A DNA stretch of 64,000 nt from an uncultured Armatimonadia bacterium (lineage in GTDB: Bacteria; Armatimonadota; Zipacnadia; CAVVLO01), in the NCBI GenBank assembly GCA_963749155.1, contig CAVVLO010000003.1, positions 256,001-320,000 of the forward strand, given 5' to 3'. Under the pieces are notes generated by a model. That model did no database searches. It was not told where the DNA came from and saw nothing but the letters and a program-made list of their open reading frames with translations. A program made the position numbers and the translations under genes. Positions 23,279 through 33,535 of this stretch are shown here, piece after piece (position 1 is the first letter of the stretch; every line of letters starts with the position of its first letter).

Positions 23279-23404
23279 ATGAGACCTCCCAAGAACAAAC
23301 ACCGCAGGGGATAGCATCCCCTGCACCCGCACTAGTTGGCTTCGATGTGAACTCTTCCGGATATATCGGGTTCCTGACCGAAGGTCAGGCCTCTGCTCCC
23401 GATA
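23274..23404 (-). repeat. About 130-nt structured leader, near-identical to 25046-25178 (family B hairpin + family A hairpin + RBS)
   Basis: Identical run aacatatgagacctcccaagaac...gtgaactcttc and tcgggttcctgaccgaaggtcaggcctctgctcccga in both copies. Confidence 0.85.
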
Positions 23405-23407
23405 CTC

Positions 23408-25050
23408 CTACTCGAACTCGAACCAGTACAGCTTCGCCTGATTCAGTTTCACCTTCAAGATTAGCGCTTCGCCCTCGGCAAGGCCCAGGTCTTCTCCACC
23501 GGTCCACTTAACGGAAGCGTTGTTCGAGATCGCCAATCAGGGGCGCGCAGTCATCGAAGCCGCGCCCAGGCAGAGGCTGCCGACCGATATTGCAGGCCGC
23601 AATCTGGATACTTCCCCCTCGCTTCGTCACTGCGTTGATTTTCAACTTCTTGCCTGGCGGGACGAAACCTACAGTCGTGAACTCTCCAAGCTGCTCTGCT
23701 TCGAGGCCCATCATCCGCCCCTTGGGCCAGAGGGCATAAGCAGTATCGAGCTGCAGCAAGCCGCGCGGATACTTGTGAGGAAGGCTCCACGCCGCGTAGG
23801 GCAGCGCCAGATCGCCGTTGGGCAATTCCACCAGGTTAGGCTGGGGGAAGATGCACCCGCCATCGAACTCGCCGAAGGCGCCGGTATCGAGCACCGTGCC
23901 GCCCGGCAGCCAGTCCCATACCCGGCCGTCACTGCTGCCTGCGATCTCGATGCGCGTGGTGTCGGAGTCCATATTCCAGATGGCAGGGAACATCAACCGA
24001 GCCTCAGGCGCTTTCGGGAAGACCGTATAGCAGTTGGTGTAGAGCACTTCACTCGGCAGCATATCGGGGGGAGAGTGCAAGACGAGCTCTGACAGCGGAA
24101 ATTGCTCGAAATTGGCGCTCTCGGTGCGCCCTATAGACCGCCTGCCTACCACCCACCAGGGTTCTCCCTGCCCCTCCGGATAGCCTGGCGCGCGCTGGGC
24201 AAGCCACCAGTTGCGCGTGTAGAGGACATATTTACCGAGCAGCGCATCATAGCAGCCAGTATTGCTGAGCGTATCGGCATGCTCGATGTTGAGCGGCTCT
24301 GGTAGCTCCGTCCAGTGCAGTCCATCAGGAGACGTGGCGCCAAATAGTCCGAAGACGACCCCAACATCGGAGCGCCACGCGAGCGGATCCCAGCGGTCAG
24401 GATATTTCGCCGAGAAGGCATCATAATCAGCCTTGGACATACCCTCAAGGCTGACCGACTTGAATCTGGCTCTCGGCAGGCGCGCCGGCATCGAGAAAGA
24501 CCATCGCCTCCGGGCCTGGCAAGCCCTCGATAAAGTTGTTTTCTTTCGAACCCTCTACCTCGACCAGCCCGAGGCTCGGGCGATTCCAGTACAAGCCGTC
24601 CAGCGATTCGAAATAGCAATAACGCTGCTTGCCGTCTTCAGCCTGAGCCAGCGCCCAAAACTTATAAGTATCGCCGTCCTGAAGCAGCGCCACGGGCCTC
24701 AGTTGCATTGCCTCATAAGGGGCCTGTCGCTGGATAATCGGGCCACTCTTGACGGCCTGCTCCAGGCAGAACTTGATGCCGCGTGGCATATCCTGCGTCG
24801 CGAAGTTGGCGCCCAAGGGGCCAGCTTTCAGATCTTTCTTCGCAGTTATGGTGCCTTGCTCGTTGTACCAGTTCAGTGCCCCAGGCCTGATATAGAGCCA
24901 ATCCACGAAGACCATCCGCTGGCCTGGCAGCACGTACGGCTCTCCTTTTGTCTGACCGGGCAGCGCCCCGCCGCCTGGCAAGTTAGACGGGAGCTGGGCA
25001 CAGGCCAGCGTTGCAATTAAAAGTACCACCAGCACCAGAACAGGCAACAT
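23408..25050 (-). CDS. Secreted putative beta-propeller glycosidase, paralog 2 (tandem duplicate of 21647-23278); frameshifts near 24480 and 23520
   Basis: Shares MLPVLVL.VLLIATL, EPYVLPG, VLHSPPDMLPSEVLYTNCY and the C-terminal LNQAKLYWFEFE*. Confidence 0.75.
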
Positions 25051-25178
25051 ATGAGACCTCCCAAGAACAAACACCGCAGGGGATAGCATCCCCTGCACCC
25101 GCACTAGTTGGCTTCGATGTGAACTCTTCTGCGTGTTTCGGGTTCCTGACCGAAGGTCAGGCCTCTGCTCCCGAAACC
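25046..25178 (-). repeat. Second copy of the structured leader, upstream of paralog 2
   Basis: See 23274-23404. Outer stem is GTTTCGGG/CCCGAAAC here versus TATCGGG/CCCGATA in the other copy. Confidence 0.85.
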
Positions 25179-25278
25179 TGCTTGCATCGCAGGGCTGAGT
25201 ATTCCCTCGCTCTACTTCCCTTTCCTGCCAGCGGAAGTGCTGATGATGCGTCGAAATCTTCGTCAGGGAGGGATTCTG

Positions 25279-27696
25279 ATGCCACTTGTATTCTGTCTGC
25301 TCTGTTTGCTTCTGGTCACTGGACTTGCCAACGCCGCCCTGGCGCCACTCAATGCTGCCGAGGAAGCTGCGCTGGCACGGCCTGCTTTCTCGATCACCGA
25401 TCCTCCCGGCTACGTCAGCGACGAGGAAGAAAAGCAGCAGCAACGAGAAGCCTGGCAAAAGCTGGAAGGCGATCTTAAAACCGCAATCGCATCAGGTCAG
25501 CACGACTTCACTGTCCCCCCTGGCGAGTACCGTTTCCCCAGTGCGACGGGCTTTGTGCTGGCGGATGTCTCCGATTTCACACTTCACGCGACAGGCGCCT
25601 ATTTCTGGTCAGAGCGTCCTGAGGCTGACCTGCTGGGCAATCCACAGGGGCTCAACCTCCTCCGCTGCCACAACGTGACAATCGAAGGGCTTACGCTCGA
25701 TTTCGACCCGGCACTCTGGGTGCAGGGTCAGATCACCTCCCTCGACCTTGCCGCCAACACAGTGGATATCGCGCCGGATCCGGACTTCCCTTCACCGGCC
25801 GGCTTTGGCGGAGGGCAGCTCTTCTTCTTCCGTCCGGATGGGCGCTTGCTTAGGCAAGGAGTGCCCTTCCACGAGGGGCTTGAGGCCCTGCCCGACGCAG
25901 GATTGCGCGTACACGTGCGCCCAGGTCAGCTTCAGTGGATGAACGAAGACAAGGGCGTGCAGGCTGCTTTCGGAGGCGCCTCCACCGTCCAGGTTGGCGA
26001 CTGGGTTGTCGCGCCCTTCCGACGGGGTCATGCCATCCGGATGGAACTGTGCGAGAGCTGCTCGCTTGTGGGCTGCACCGTATATGCCTCACCGGGCGCG
26101 GGCATCGTCGAACTAGGCGGCGCTGGCGGCAACCGTTATGTGGGACATAAACTGATCCGCAAGCCCGGCGCCAGGCGCCTGTGGGCGTCTACTGCGGACG
26201 CCTTCTTTTCGGCGCTGGTCGATCGCGGTCCCACACTCGAGGGTTGCGAGTTCAGCTTCACTGCCGATGATCTGTTCAATCTGCACGGTTATTTCGCCCT
26301 GGTAACCCACAGGCTGGCACCCAACCAGATCATCGTGATGCCTATGAATTACGAGCCTTTCGCCCCCGGTGGCAAGCTGACTTTCTACGACTGGCGCTCT
26401 TGCGAGCAGCTTGGCGAGGCGACAATCACTGCTGTGGAAAAGGTCACAGACGAGGCGGTCATCGATGAGGCCAGGGCCTTCCCCGGTCAGGTTGGACTAC
26501 TGAGCTATTCCGGCGCGCCCTTTTTGCTGACTCTCGATAACCCAGTAGAACTTGCCCCAGGCGCAATCGTAGACACTCACAACGCCAACGACGCGGGGTT
26601 TGTCATACAGGATTGCTACTTCCACGATTCGACCGCGCGCTGCGGCCTAATCAGTGGCGCCTCCAACGGCCTTATCGAGCACAATGTCTGGCGCGACCTG
26701 GGTGGTGGGCTGTCCCTCTATATGGAGTCCTGGTTCTATAATGAAGGCCCGATGCCCCATGATGTCACCGTGCGCGGCAACCGCTTCCTGGATATCCTGC
26801 TGGACCCGCGTAGCGCAGATGCCCCAGTAGCAGGATTGCTCTATACGGGGATGGTGCCACCTGGCAACTACCTGCGAACCGTTGCCCCGCTGACCAACCT
26901 TGTGTTCGAGGACAACCTCATAGACCCCTCGCCCGGCCCGGCGCTCGTGATGGCCTATGTGAAGGGCGGCGCGGTGAGGAACAACACCTTCCGCAGGCCT
27001 TTCAGCTTCATCGGGAAGGCTGGCGGCGAGGTCAGTCCCGAATACTACGGCAAGTCGCTGGATATGCCCCTCTACTTTACCGTATGCGAGGATATAGAGG
27101 TCTCCGGCAACGTCGTGGAGGACCCCGAGGGCTTCTGCGAGTCCGGCGCTGTCGGCCTCGGGCCCCTCTGCAAGGCCATCATTCTGGACGGCGACGCGCG
27201 ACAAAGCAGCGATTCGGACTATGTCGCCGAGGCGCTGACGGGATTTTCCAACCTGCAGGGCGCTCGAGGCTGGAGTTATGGCTACTGGATCGAACAGGGA
27301 GAGTACTCGACCGAAGGTTTCTGCCCGATGGACGAGTTCGGGGGCATCTGGTGGCGCGTTGCTGGCCAGGCTTTTCCCTTCATACGGGCAGTCTCAATAC
27401 ATCCAGGTGACTGGGACGGCCAACCTGTTGCGGCCATCCGGCGTTGGACAAGCAGCGTTGATGGCTCGGTAGAGGTCTTTGGAGAGCTACACGGCTCTGG
27501 CGCAGGCAATGGGACGCTCGCGCGTATCTTCGTGGACGGGAAAGAAGCTTTCCGAGTCGATTTGACCGACGGAGAACCTCACGGATATTCCACACACCTG
27601 CAGGAGCTTAGAGAAGGCTCTCTGGTAGATTTCGTCCTTACTTCGAAGGGCGACCTGAACAGCGACGCCACCCGGTGGACCATCGAGCTAAGGTGA
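25279..27696 (+). CDS. Secreted right-handed beta-helix protein (GH110-like) with C-terminal WSYG/WT(S/A) beta-sandwich
   Basis: TVPPGEYRF, CHNVTIEGLTLDFDP, STADAF, GPTLEGCEFSFTADDLFNLHG; C-terminal FSNLQGARGWSYGY...IHPG...RRWTS...DFVL...NSDAT. Confidence 0.7.
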   Translation: MPLVFCLLCLLLVTGLANAALAPLNAAEEAALARPAFSITDPPGYVSDEEEKQQQREAWQKLEGDLKTAIASGQHDFTVPPGEYRFPSATGFVLADVSDFTLHATGAYFWSERPEADLLGNPQGLNLLRCHNVTIEGLTLDFDPALWVQGQITSLDLAANTVDIAPDPDFPSPAGFGGGQLFFFRPDGRLLRQGVPFHEGLEALPDAGLRVHVRPGQLQWMNEDKGVQAAFGGASTVQVGDWVVAPFRRGHAIRMELCESCSLVGCTVYASPGAGIVELGGAGGNRYVGHKLIRKPGARRLWASTADAFFSALVDRGPTLEGCEFSFTADDLFNLHGYFALVTHRLAPNQIIVMPMNYEPFAPGGKLTFYDWRSCEQLGEATITAVEKVTDEAVIDEARAFPGQVGLLSYSGAPFLLTLDNPVELAPGAIVDTHNANDAGFVIQDCYFHDSTARCGLISGASNGLIEHNVWRDLGGGLSLYMESWFYNEGPMPHDVTVRGNRFLDILLDPRSADAPVAGLLYTGMVPPGNYLRTVAPLTNLVFEDNLIDPSPGPALVMAYVKGGAVRNNTFRRPFSFIGKAGGEVSPEYYGKSLDMPLYFTVCEDIEVSGNVVEDPEGFCESGAVGLGPLCKAIILDGDARQSSDSDYVAEALTGFSNLQGARGWSYGYWIEQGEYSTEGFCPMDEFGGIWWRVAGQAFPFIRAVSIHPGDWDGQPVAAIRRWTSSVDGSVEVFGELHGSGAGNGTLARIFVDGKEAFRVDLTDGEPHGYSTHLQELREGSLVDFVLTSKGDLNSDATRWTIELR

Positions 27697-27718
27697 AAAT
27701 CAGAGGATCGAGCCGCCC

Positions 27719-28418
27719 CTACCAGACCCCCGGCACGAGGCGCCATCTGACGCGCTGGGCGTATTCCGCATCAGCCGGCCAGTTCTGCGTGAAGGGTGCG
27801 ATCTTCGAGGGCAGTGCGAATTACGAGGGCGATAACTGCCACTCCCGCCGGCACGAGCGCCCAGGGAGTCGCGCCCATCGCGCCTGTCCCAACTATCCAG
27901 AAAAAAGCCCCAAAATAGCCCGGATGGCGGATCCACTGGTAAGGGCCGCTGGTCTGGACGCTGTGACCCCGCTCTGACTGGATGCGCACGAGCGCCGAGA
28001 AATAGCGGTTGCAATACATTGCCCACGTCGTAAAACCGAGCCCCGCCGCCGAGACCACCAGGCCCGTCCACTGCAGCCAGCCAGGCAGCAGCGGTTGCCA
28101 GTCGAAACGAAGCGCTGAGGCGCCGATTATCATCGAGATAAGCGGCGGATGCGCCATCAGTGGCGCAAGCAGTAAGTCCCACTTCTTTACGCCCTGTTGC
28201 AAGCCGGAGCGCTCGGAGAGCAACTCCGGGTTGGTCGGCAGCAGCATCCAGGTGGTGATGAGGACCGAGAGGGTCATCACCACGAGGAAGCCCCAACCCA
28301 TCGCCCAGCGCACGGTGCCGGCGCAGACAAAGAGGGCCATAGCAACGAGGGGCATACCGATCAGCAGCTTTGTGTTCCAGCGCCTGATGCCCTTGCGAGT
28401 CCACTCGTCCTGGCTCAT
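27719..28418 (-). CDS. Isoprenylcysteine carboxyl methyltransferase (ICMT/Ste14) family membrane protein; frameshift near 27770
   Basis: NRYFSALVRIQSERGHSVQTSGPYQWIRHPGY, RTALEDRTLHAELAG, then AEYAQRVRWRLVPGVW* in the next frame. Confidence 0.85.
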
Positions 28419-28470
28419 CCAGTCACCTTCCGACCGGCTGTCTGAGTGTTTCCTGGAAGGCCGAATACGG

Positions 28471-28576
28471 AAACCGCGGGGGCAAGTTGCCCCCGCACCC
28501 CCCAGACTTGGCCTGCGGCGCGAAGCGAGAAGGGGGTGCAGGGGTCACTCGTGAGCTTCGCTCACGGCGCTCCTGC
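28471..28576. repeat. Oppositely oriented pair of family A REP-like hairpins
   Basis: gcgggggcaagttgcccccgcacccccc (28471-28503) and gggggtgcagggg...gtgagcttcgctcac...tcctgc (28532-28576). Confidence 0.6.
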
Positions 28577-28591
28577 GACTTTCGCCCTGAT

Positions 28592-29392
28592 CTAAGCTTT
28601 GCGTGCCCAGCCAAGTCCCTCAAGCCAGTCACCCGACAGGCCGCTCCAGGTCGCGATATGCGCATCACCAGGCACGAGGCCCAGCCCATGCGCGCCGTGG
28701 GGATAGACATGCAGCTCGAAGGTCCCGCCCGCCTGCCGGATTGCCGTGGCGAACCTCAGCGAGTTTTCCACCGGCACCGCCTGGTCGTCCGAGGTGCTCC
28801 ACATAAAGGTCGGAGCGGTCTCCGGCGTCACGTGGAGGTCGAGCTGCGTCAGCCAGCGTCCAGCCGCGGTCGGCTCAGGCCCCAGCAGATTTGTAATCGA
28901 GCCTTGATGCCCGCCCGGCCCCCCGCCGATGACCGCATAACACAGGAGGAGCGCGTTCGGCTCGTTGGTGAAAGCGCCAAGCGGCCCCTCGTCCGCGCAG
29001 AAGTGCATATCCCAGTGGACCCCCAGGCTGGCAGCTAGATGGCCTCCGGCGGAGAATCCAAGCACCGCGAGCTTGTCCGGCGCGACTTTCCACTCACTGG
29101 CCCTGCTGCGCACCAGCCGAAAAGCCCGCGAGACGTCCCGGAGGGGCTGGGGATGCAGGCGCGGATTCACGCTGTAATGGCACACGAAGGCATGATAGCC
29201 CAGCTCGTTGTAGCGACGCGCAATCGGCTCTGCCTCGTGGTCAGCTCGCCCCGCATAACCTCCTCCGGGGCAAACGATGACCGCTCCGAGGGGCTCGGTT
29301 GTGTCCAGCAGATAGGTCTCAAGCCAGGGCGCGAAGCCATCGCCGACGGTGTCAGTCCACTCCGCATCAGTCCAAAGCGCAAGCTTCTCCAT
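28592..29392 (-). CDS. Alpha/beta hydrolase (acetyl/feruloyl esterase-like, BD-FAE type)
   Basis: VIVCPGGGY, GFSAGGHLA, DQAVPVENS, HVYPHGAHGLG. Confidence 0.9.
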   Translation of the reverse strand: MEKLALWTDAEWTDTVGDGFAPWLETYLLDTTEPLGAVIVCPGGGYAGRADHEAEPIARRYNELGYHAFVCHYSVNPRLHPQPLRDVSRAFRLVRSRASEWKVAPDKLAVLGFSAGGHLAASLGVHWDMHFCADEGPLGAFTNEPNALLLCYAVIGGGPGGHQGSITNLLGPEPTAAGRWLTQLDLHVTPETAPTFMWSTSDDQAVPVENSLRFATAIRQAGGTFELHVYPHGAHGLGLVPGDAHIATWSGLSGDWLEGLGWARKA

Positions 29393-29402
29393 TTTGCTCT
29401 CC

Positions 29403-30503
29403 TTACTCGCGCCAGGCGAGTTCTTCCGACAGGTCGAGATAGCGTTTGATGGCTTCTCCGGGGATGTCCCAGGGGATATGGTTGCCGATGCACATCATAT
29501 AGCCGCCTGACATCCTGCCTGTCTCGACCATACTCTCGACCATCTGGCGGATCTCGGCGGGGTCGTTGCGCTTGAGCACCCGGTTGTCGCCTTCACCCGC
29601 GATGAAGCAGTTCTCGTGCCTCCGCGCGATGGCCTTGTAGTCAGTATACGGCTCGCTTATGATGCCGCGCGCCCCGCAGGCCATCACATCGTCGGCATAG
29701 GCGTCCATACAGCCATCGGACATAAACAGCACTTCCTTGCCGGCGGCTTTGAGGATGGACCAAAACTCCTCATACCTGGGGAAGACGTGCTTCTTCATCC
29801 AGGCGGGCGAGCAGACCGGCCCTCGCGTGATGACGATGTCATCATGGCAGACGACGAAGTTGACGGGCAGCCGCGCGAAGGTGCGGAAGACCCGCCTGTT
29901 GATTTCGGCGAATTCCTCCAGCACTGGCTCGAAACGCTCATCCAGGGAGCACTCAAGGAACAGCTCCCACCCGAAGGTAAGCAGTGGCCACATAAAGAAG
30001 GTGTTGTAGAAGCCGCAACTTGCCGCGCTGCCCTCAGGGGCCTTGTCCCCCCATTCGGCGGGATAAGCAGGGCGCAGCATATTGTAAAGCCCCTCTTCAC
30101 TGCTGAAGTCCCAGGCGTTTACCACATGGCCCCAGTCGCGGAAGTCGCCCTTCGCAAGCGGGCTGAAGGCAAATACCTCCTCCGTCGAAGGAAAATACGC
30201 CTCTCCATGCTGATAAGTGCCTGTCTCAGTGTCGCCCCAGCGCACCGAGTGGTGGTCTGGGTCTGAGCTGCACTGGCCCTCAGCAAGTCCCAGCCGAGGC
30301 CTTGGGATGGGATTATCGCTCGCTGGGATACCGAGTCCGAGTTGCGGGTACAACTCTCGCAGCCTCAGTCGGCACTCGCGCGGGTGCTCATAATAATCAA
30401 TCCCCGTCAAATAAGTCTCGGCGTCAGGGTCGGACCAGTGTTCCCAGTGCTGCATCCGCCTGGGGCCAAGGCCCATATAGCTTTCGTAGATGGGATCTGC
30501 CAT
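29403..30503 (-). CDS. Uroporphyrinogen decarboxylase-like family protein
   Basis: CHDDIVITRGPVCSPAWMKKHVFPRY, VLFMSDG, GGYMMCIGNHIPWDIP. Confidence 0.75.
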   Translation of the reverse strand: MADPIYESYMGLGPRRMQHWEHWSDPDAETYLTGIDYYEHPRECRLRLRELYPQLGLGIPASDNPIPRPRLGLAEGQCSSDPDHHSVRWGDTETGTYQHGEAYFPSTEEVFAFSPLAKGDFRDWGHVVNAWDFSSEEGLYNMLRPAYPAEWGDKAPEGSAASCGFYNTFFMWPLLTFGWELFLECSLDERFEPVLEEFAEINRRVFRTFARLPVNFVVCHDDIVITRGPVCSPAWMKKHVFPRYEEFWSILKAAGKEVLFMSDGCMDAYADDVMACGARGIISEPYTDYKAIARRHENCFIAGEGDNRVLKRNDPAEIRQMVESMVETGRMSGGYMMCIGNHIPWDIPGEAIKRYLDLSEELAWRE

Positions 30504-30508
30504 AAAGT

Positions 30509-32845
30509 CTAGTCTACTCCTTCTTCAGGTTCGAAGCGGAAAGTCGCACCCTCCGCAAGCGTTATCTTATACTGTGTACCGGCATAACCAAATGTCAGGG
30601 GCTGTCCGGCCAGAGAGGTAATCTCCGCCCTTTCAAGGGCGCCACCATGCCATTTCAGGCTTACCTCGAAGCCCCCTCTTGCCCTTAAGCCTCGCGCCCA
30701 TCCGGAAGGCCATTCCGAAGGCAGCGCGGGAAGCAGCTCGAGGACGCCGTTTTGGCTCTGCAGCAAGGCTTCCGCCATTCCCGCCGCCCCTCCGAAATTG
30801 CCGTCAATCTGGAAGGGAGGATGATTGTCAAGCAGATTAGGCAAAGTGGACTTGCCAAGCAGCGCGTTCACGTTCTCGGCGACCTTCTCGCCGTCCCGGA
30901 GTCGCGCCCAGAAGCAGATAATCCACGCCCTGCTCCACCCGGTATGGCCCCCGCCGTTGGCCAGGCGCCGCTCAAGGCTCTTCCTTGCGGCCTCATACAG
31001 CTCCGGCTGCCGCTCGGGGGTGAACTGACTGCCTGGGAAGAGAGGCCACAGGTGCGACATATGGCGATGGCCTGGCTCAGGCTCGTCGAAATCCTCGAGC
31101 CATTCCTGCAATTGGCCGTATTTGCCAATTTGATAGGGCGCGAGCCTCTCCAGCACTGCCTCTAACTGCCTGGCGAAGGCCTCGTCCTTCTTCAGCACCT
31201 GCGTCGCCTGGATACAGTTGGCAAAAAGTTCGCGGAGGATGCCCAAATCCATTGTCGGGCCGGCGCAGACCCAGCCTTCCTGCCCATCTGGCGCACGGAA
31301 GCGGTTCTCCGGGCTGGCCGAAGGCGCAGTAACGAGCCAGCCGTGGGTTGGCTCCTCCACGAGAAAGTCCAGCAGAAACTCGGCCGCGCCCTTCATCACC
31401 GGCCAGGCCTTGCGCAGGAAGGGCTCATCCTGAGTGAAGGCATAATGCTCGAAGATATGGGTCGCCAGCCACGCGCCTTCAGTCGGCGTGATGCCCCAGG
31501 GCCCATCGACCGGCGCGGCGCCGCGCCACAGGTCGGTGTTGTGGTGAAGCACCCATCCGCCACAACCATAGTGCTCCCTGGCCACGCGCCCGCCTGTCTC
31601 GGAGAGATCCGCGAGCATCGAAAAGAGCGGCTCGTGGCACTCCGGGAGCGCAGCGACCTCAGGAAGCCAGTAGTTCATCTCGGTGTTGATGTTGACCGTA
31701 TACTTGCTGCCCCAGGGCGGACTGGTGGATTCATTCCAAAGCCCCTGCAGGTTGGCGGGCTGGTCGCCTGGGCGGCTGGAAGAGAGCATCAGATAGCGCC
31801 CATACTGGAAGTAAAGCGCCGCGAGCGCCGGGTCGCTTTGCCCCTCAGCCACGCGCCTCAGGCGCTGGTCGGTCGGCACGGAGTCATCTCCAGGCCCAAG
31901 TGAGAGCGCCACTCGGTCGAACAGCGACTTGTAGTCGGCGATGTGGCGGTCGCGTAACTCGTAGTAGGAGTGCTGCCGCGCGGCGTCGAGGTAGGCCTTG
32001 CACTTGGCGCTCGCGTCACCGGATATATCATCATACCGCACGAAGCTGGTGGCGGCCGAGATCAGCAGTGTCACCGTCACGGCCCGCTCGATATGCAGCC
32101 CTTCCTCATCCGCCGTGACCGTGCCCTCCTCCGGAATAGCCAGCAAACGCAGCTCGAAGCGCAGTCCGCCGCCCTCGACAGGAGCGGTCAGCTCCCCGCC
32201 CTGACTCGTACCAAGCCATTGGCCCGTCAGCACCAACTGGTCGTTGCCCTCGGCCCTCACCTGGTGCGGATGCGGACAAGCCAGCCTGGCGTCAAAGTGC
32301 AGGTAGCCAGCCTTCACATCAGTAAGCCGGACCACCAGCACCTGGTCAGGCTGGGAACTGAAGTACTCCCTGCGCTGACAGTTGCCATGGCCCTCGCGCC
32401 AGACCACGGTGCTAGCCAATCCGTCAGCCAGGTCAAGCTCTCGTTTGATGCCAACTAGTTTGCCTCTGGCGGGATATGAGAGCAGCAAGTCACCAAGCGG
32501 CTGGTAGGACTGCTGAAACTTAGGGTCGCCCATCAGGTGCTCGTCGGTCAGCGCATTGGCGTCGGCGTAGCGCCCCTCGAAGAGGGCCTTCTGCACCTCA
32601 GGCACCCATCTCGCGGCCTCGGGGTTGGCATAATCGTGGGGGAAGCCCGACCAGAGGGTGTCTTCGTTGAGCTGGAGGCGTTCTTCTTCCACGCCGCCGA
32701 AGACCATTGCGCCCAGCCGGCCGTTGCCGATTGGCAGCGCCTCGTTCCAGTTCTCGGCCGGCCGGTCATACCAAAGACTGAGCGGAGCCGCCTCGACAAC
32801 GCAGACAATTATCAGCAACATGGCAAGCAAAAGGGTGGCGTTCAC
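30509..32845 (-). CDS. GH95 alpha-1,2-L-fucosidase
   Basis: EALPIGNGRLGAMVFGG, QLNEDTLW, FQYGRYL, ANLQGLWN, NINTEMNYW, HRHMSHL, PFQIDGNFG. Confidence 0.95.
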   Translation of the reverse strand: MNATLLLAMLLIIVCVVEAAPLSLWYDRPAENWNEALPIGNGRLGAMVFGGVEEERLQLNEDTLWSGFPHDYANPEAARWVPEVQKALFEGRYADANALTDEHLMGDPKFQQSYQPLGDLLLSYPARGKLVGIKRELDLADGLASTVVWREGHGNCQRREYFSSQPDQVLVVRLTDVKAGYLHFDARLACPHPHQVRAEGNDQLVLTGQWLGTSQGGELTAPVEGGGLRFELRLLAIPEEGTVTADEEGLHIERAVTVTLLISAATSFVRYDDISGDASAKCKAYLDAARQHSYYELRDRHIADYKSLFDRVALSLGPGDDSVPTDQRLRRVAEGQSDPALAALYFQYGRYLMLSSSRPGDQPANLQGLWNESTSPPWGSKYTVNINTEMNYWLPEVAALPECHEPLFSMLADLSETGGRVAREHYGCGGWVLHHNTDLWRGAAPVDGPWGITPTEGAWLATHIFEHYAFTQDEPFLRKAWPVMKGAAEFLLDFLVEEPTHGWLVTAPSASPENRFRAPDGQEGWVCAGPTMDLGILRELFANCIQATQVLKKDEAFARQLEAVLERLAPYQIGKYGQLQEWLEDFDEPEPGHRHMSHLWPLFPGSQFTPERQPELYEAARKSLERRLANGGGHTGWSRAWIICFWARLRDGEKVAENVNALLGKSTLPNLLDNHPPFQIDGNFGGAAGMAEALLQSQNGVLELLPALPSEWPSGWARGLRARGGFEVSLKWHGGALERAEITSLAGQPLTFGYAGTQYKITLAEGATFRFEPEEGVD

Positions 32846-32910
32846 TCTGACCTCCGAAACTCCAACTGGAAAGTCTCAGAAGGTTGGCCATCCAGAGGGC
32901 ATCCCCTGCC

Positions 32911-32950
32911 AAAACAAAGGGAGAGGCCCTTGAAGGCGCCTCTCCCCAAA
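32911..32950 (-). terminator. Rho-independent terminator downstream of the Rrf2 gene
   Basis: Minus strand GGGAGAGGC-loop-GCCTCTCCC followed by TTTGTTTT. Confidence 0.65.
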
Positions 32951-32969
32951 ATTATCAGCTTGCACTAGC

Positions 32970-33368
32970 CTATTTGGATGCGAGTTCGGCAATAGTGACC
33001 TTGGAAAGCTCTGTGCGCACCGCATCTGTAACGGCGATCCATAAGCTAGAGGTCGGACAAGATTCGATCCTGCTGCAATGGGCTTCGCCTTTGACACAAG
33101 GCACAAGCGAGAGGCCCTCTTCCAGCACCAACACCGCATCTGCTGCGGTCATCTCGGAGGCTGGCTTCGCAAGCCGGTAACCTCCAGCTGCTCCGTGCAC
33201 TGCTTCGATAAGCCTGGCTCGCCTGAGCGATGAAAGAATTGCGTCGAGATACTTCTTCGAAATACCCTCTTCTGCAGCGAGGGTCTCTGCCGGTACGACC
33301 TGCCCTTCATGCCTGGCCAGTGCAGCAAGGGCCCTGAGTCCATAACGTGATCTCGTAGAAAGCTTCAT
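32970..33368 (-). CDS. Rrf2-family transcriptional regulator (IscR/CymR-like, three Cys)
   Basis: MKLSTRSRYGLRAL, ISKKYL, GAAGGYRLAKP, LVPCV..C....C. Confidence 0.93.
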   Translation of the reverse strand: MKLSTRSRYGLRALAALARHEGQVVPAETLAAEEGISKKYLDAILSSLRRARLIEAVHGAAGGYRLAKPASEMTAADAVLVLEEGLSLVPCVKGEAHCSRIESCPTSSLWIAVTDAVRTELSKVTIAELASK

Positions 33369-33388
33369 TCTTCCACGGTAGTTACCTC

Positions 33389-33491
33389 ATGGTAGACACG
33401 TAAATATCCTTCAGTCAAGTAGATATTCGCATTTTTCAGGTATTTCCGCAAGAAAGATTTTCTTGACGCCTTCTGAAGTCAGTGATAGTCT
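33389..33491. promoter_or_regulatory. Divergent sigma70-like promoters
   Basis: Minus: TTGACT(33418-33413)-N18-TACCAT(33394-33389). Plus: TTGACG(33463)-N17-TAGTCT(33486), with TG extension. Confidence 0.5.
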
Positions 33492-33535
33492 GATAATGTT
33501 TCCTTCGCGACTTTACTGCTCTAATACGGGGGGAT

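Noticed and set aside
23279..23332. N-terminal extension MRVQGMLSPAVFVLGRSH of the beta-propeller paralogs
   Set aside because: It is translation through the repeated leader; the GGAGG RBS and signal peptide point to ATG 23278 and 25050.
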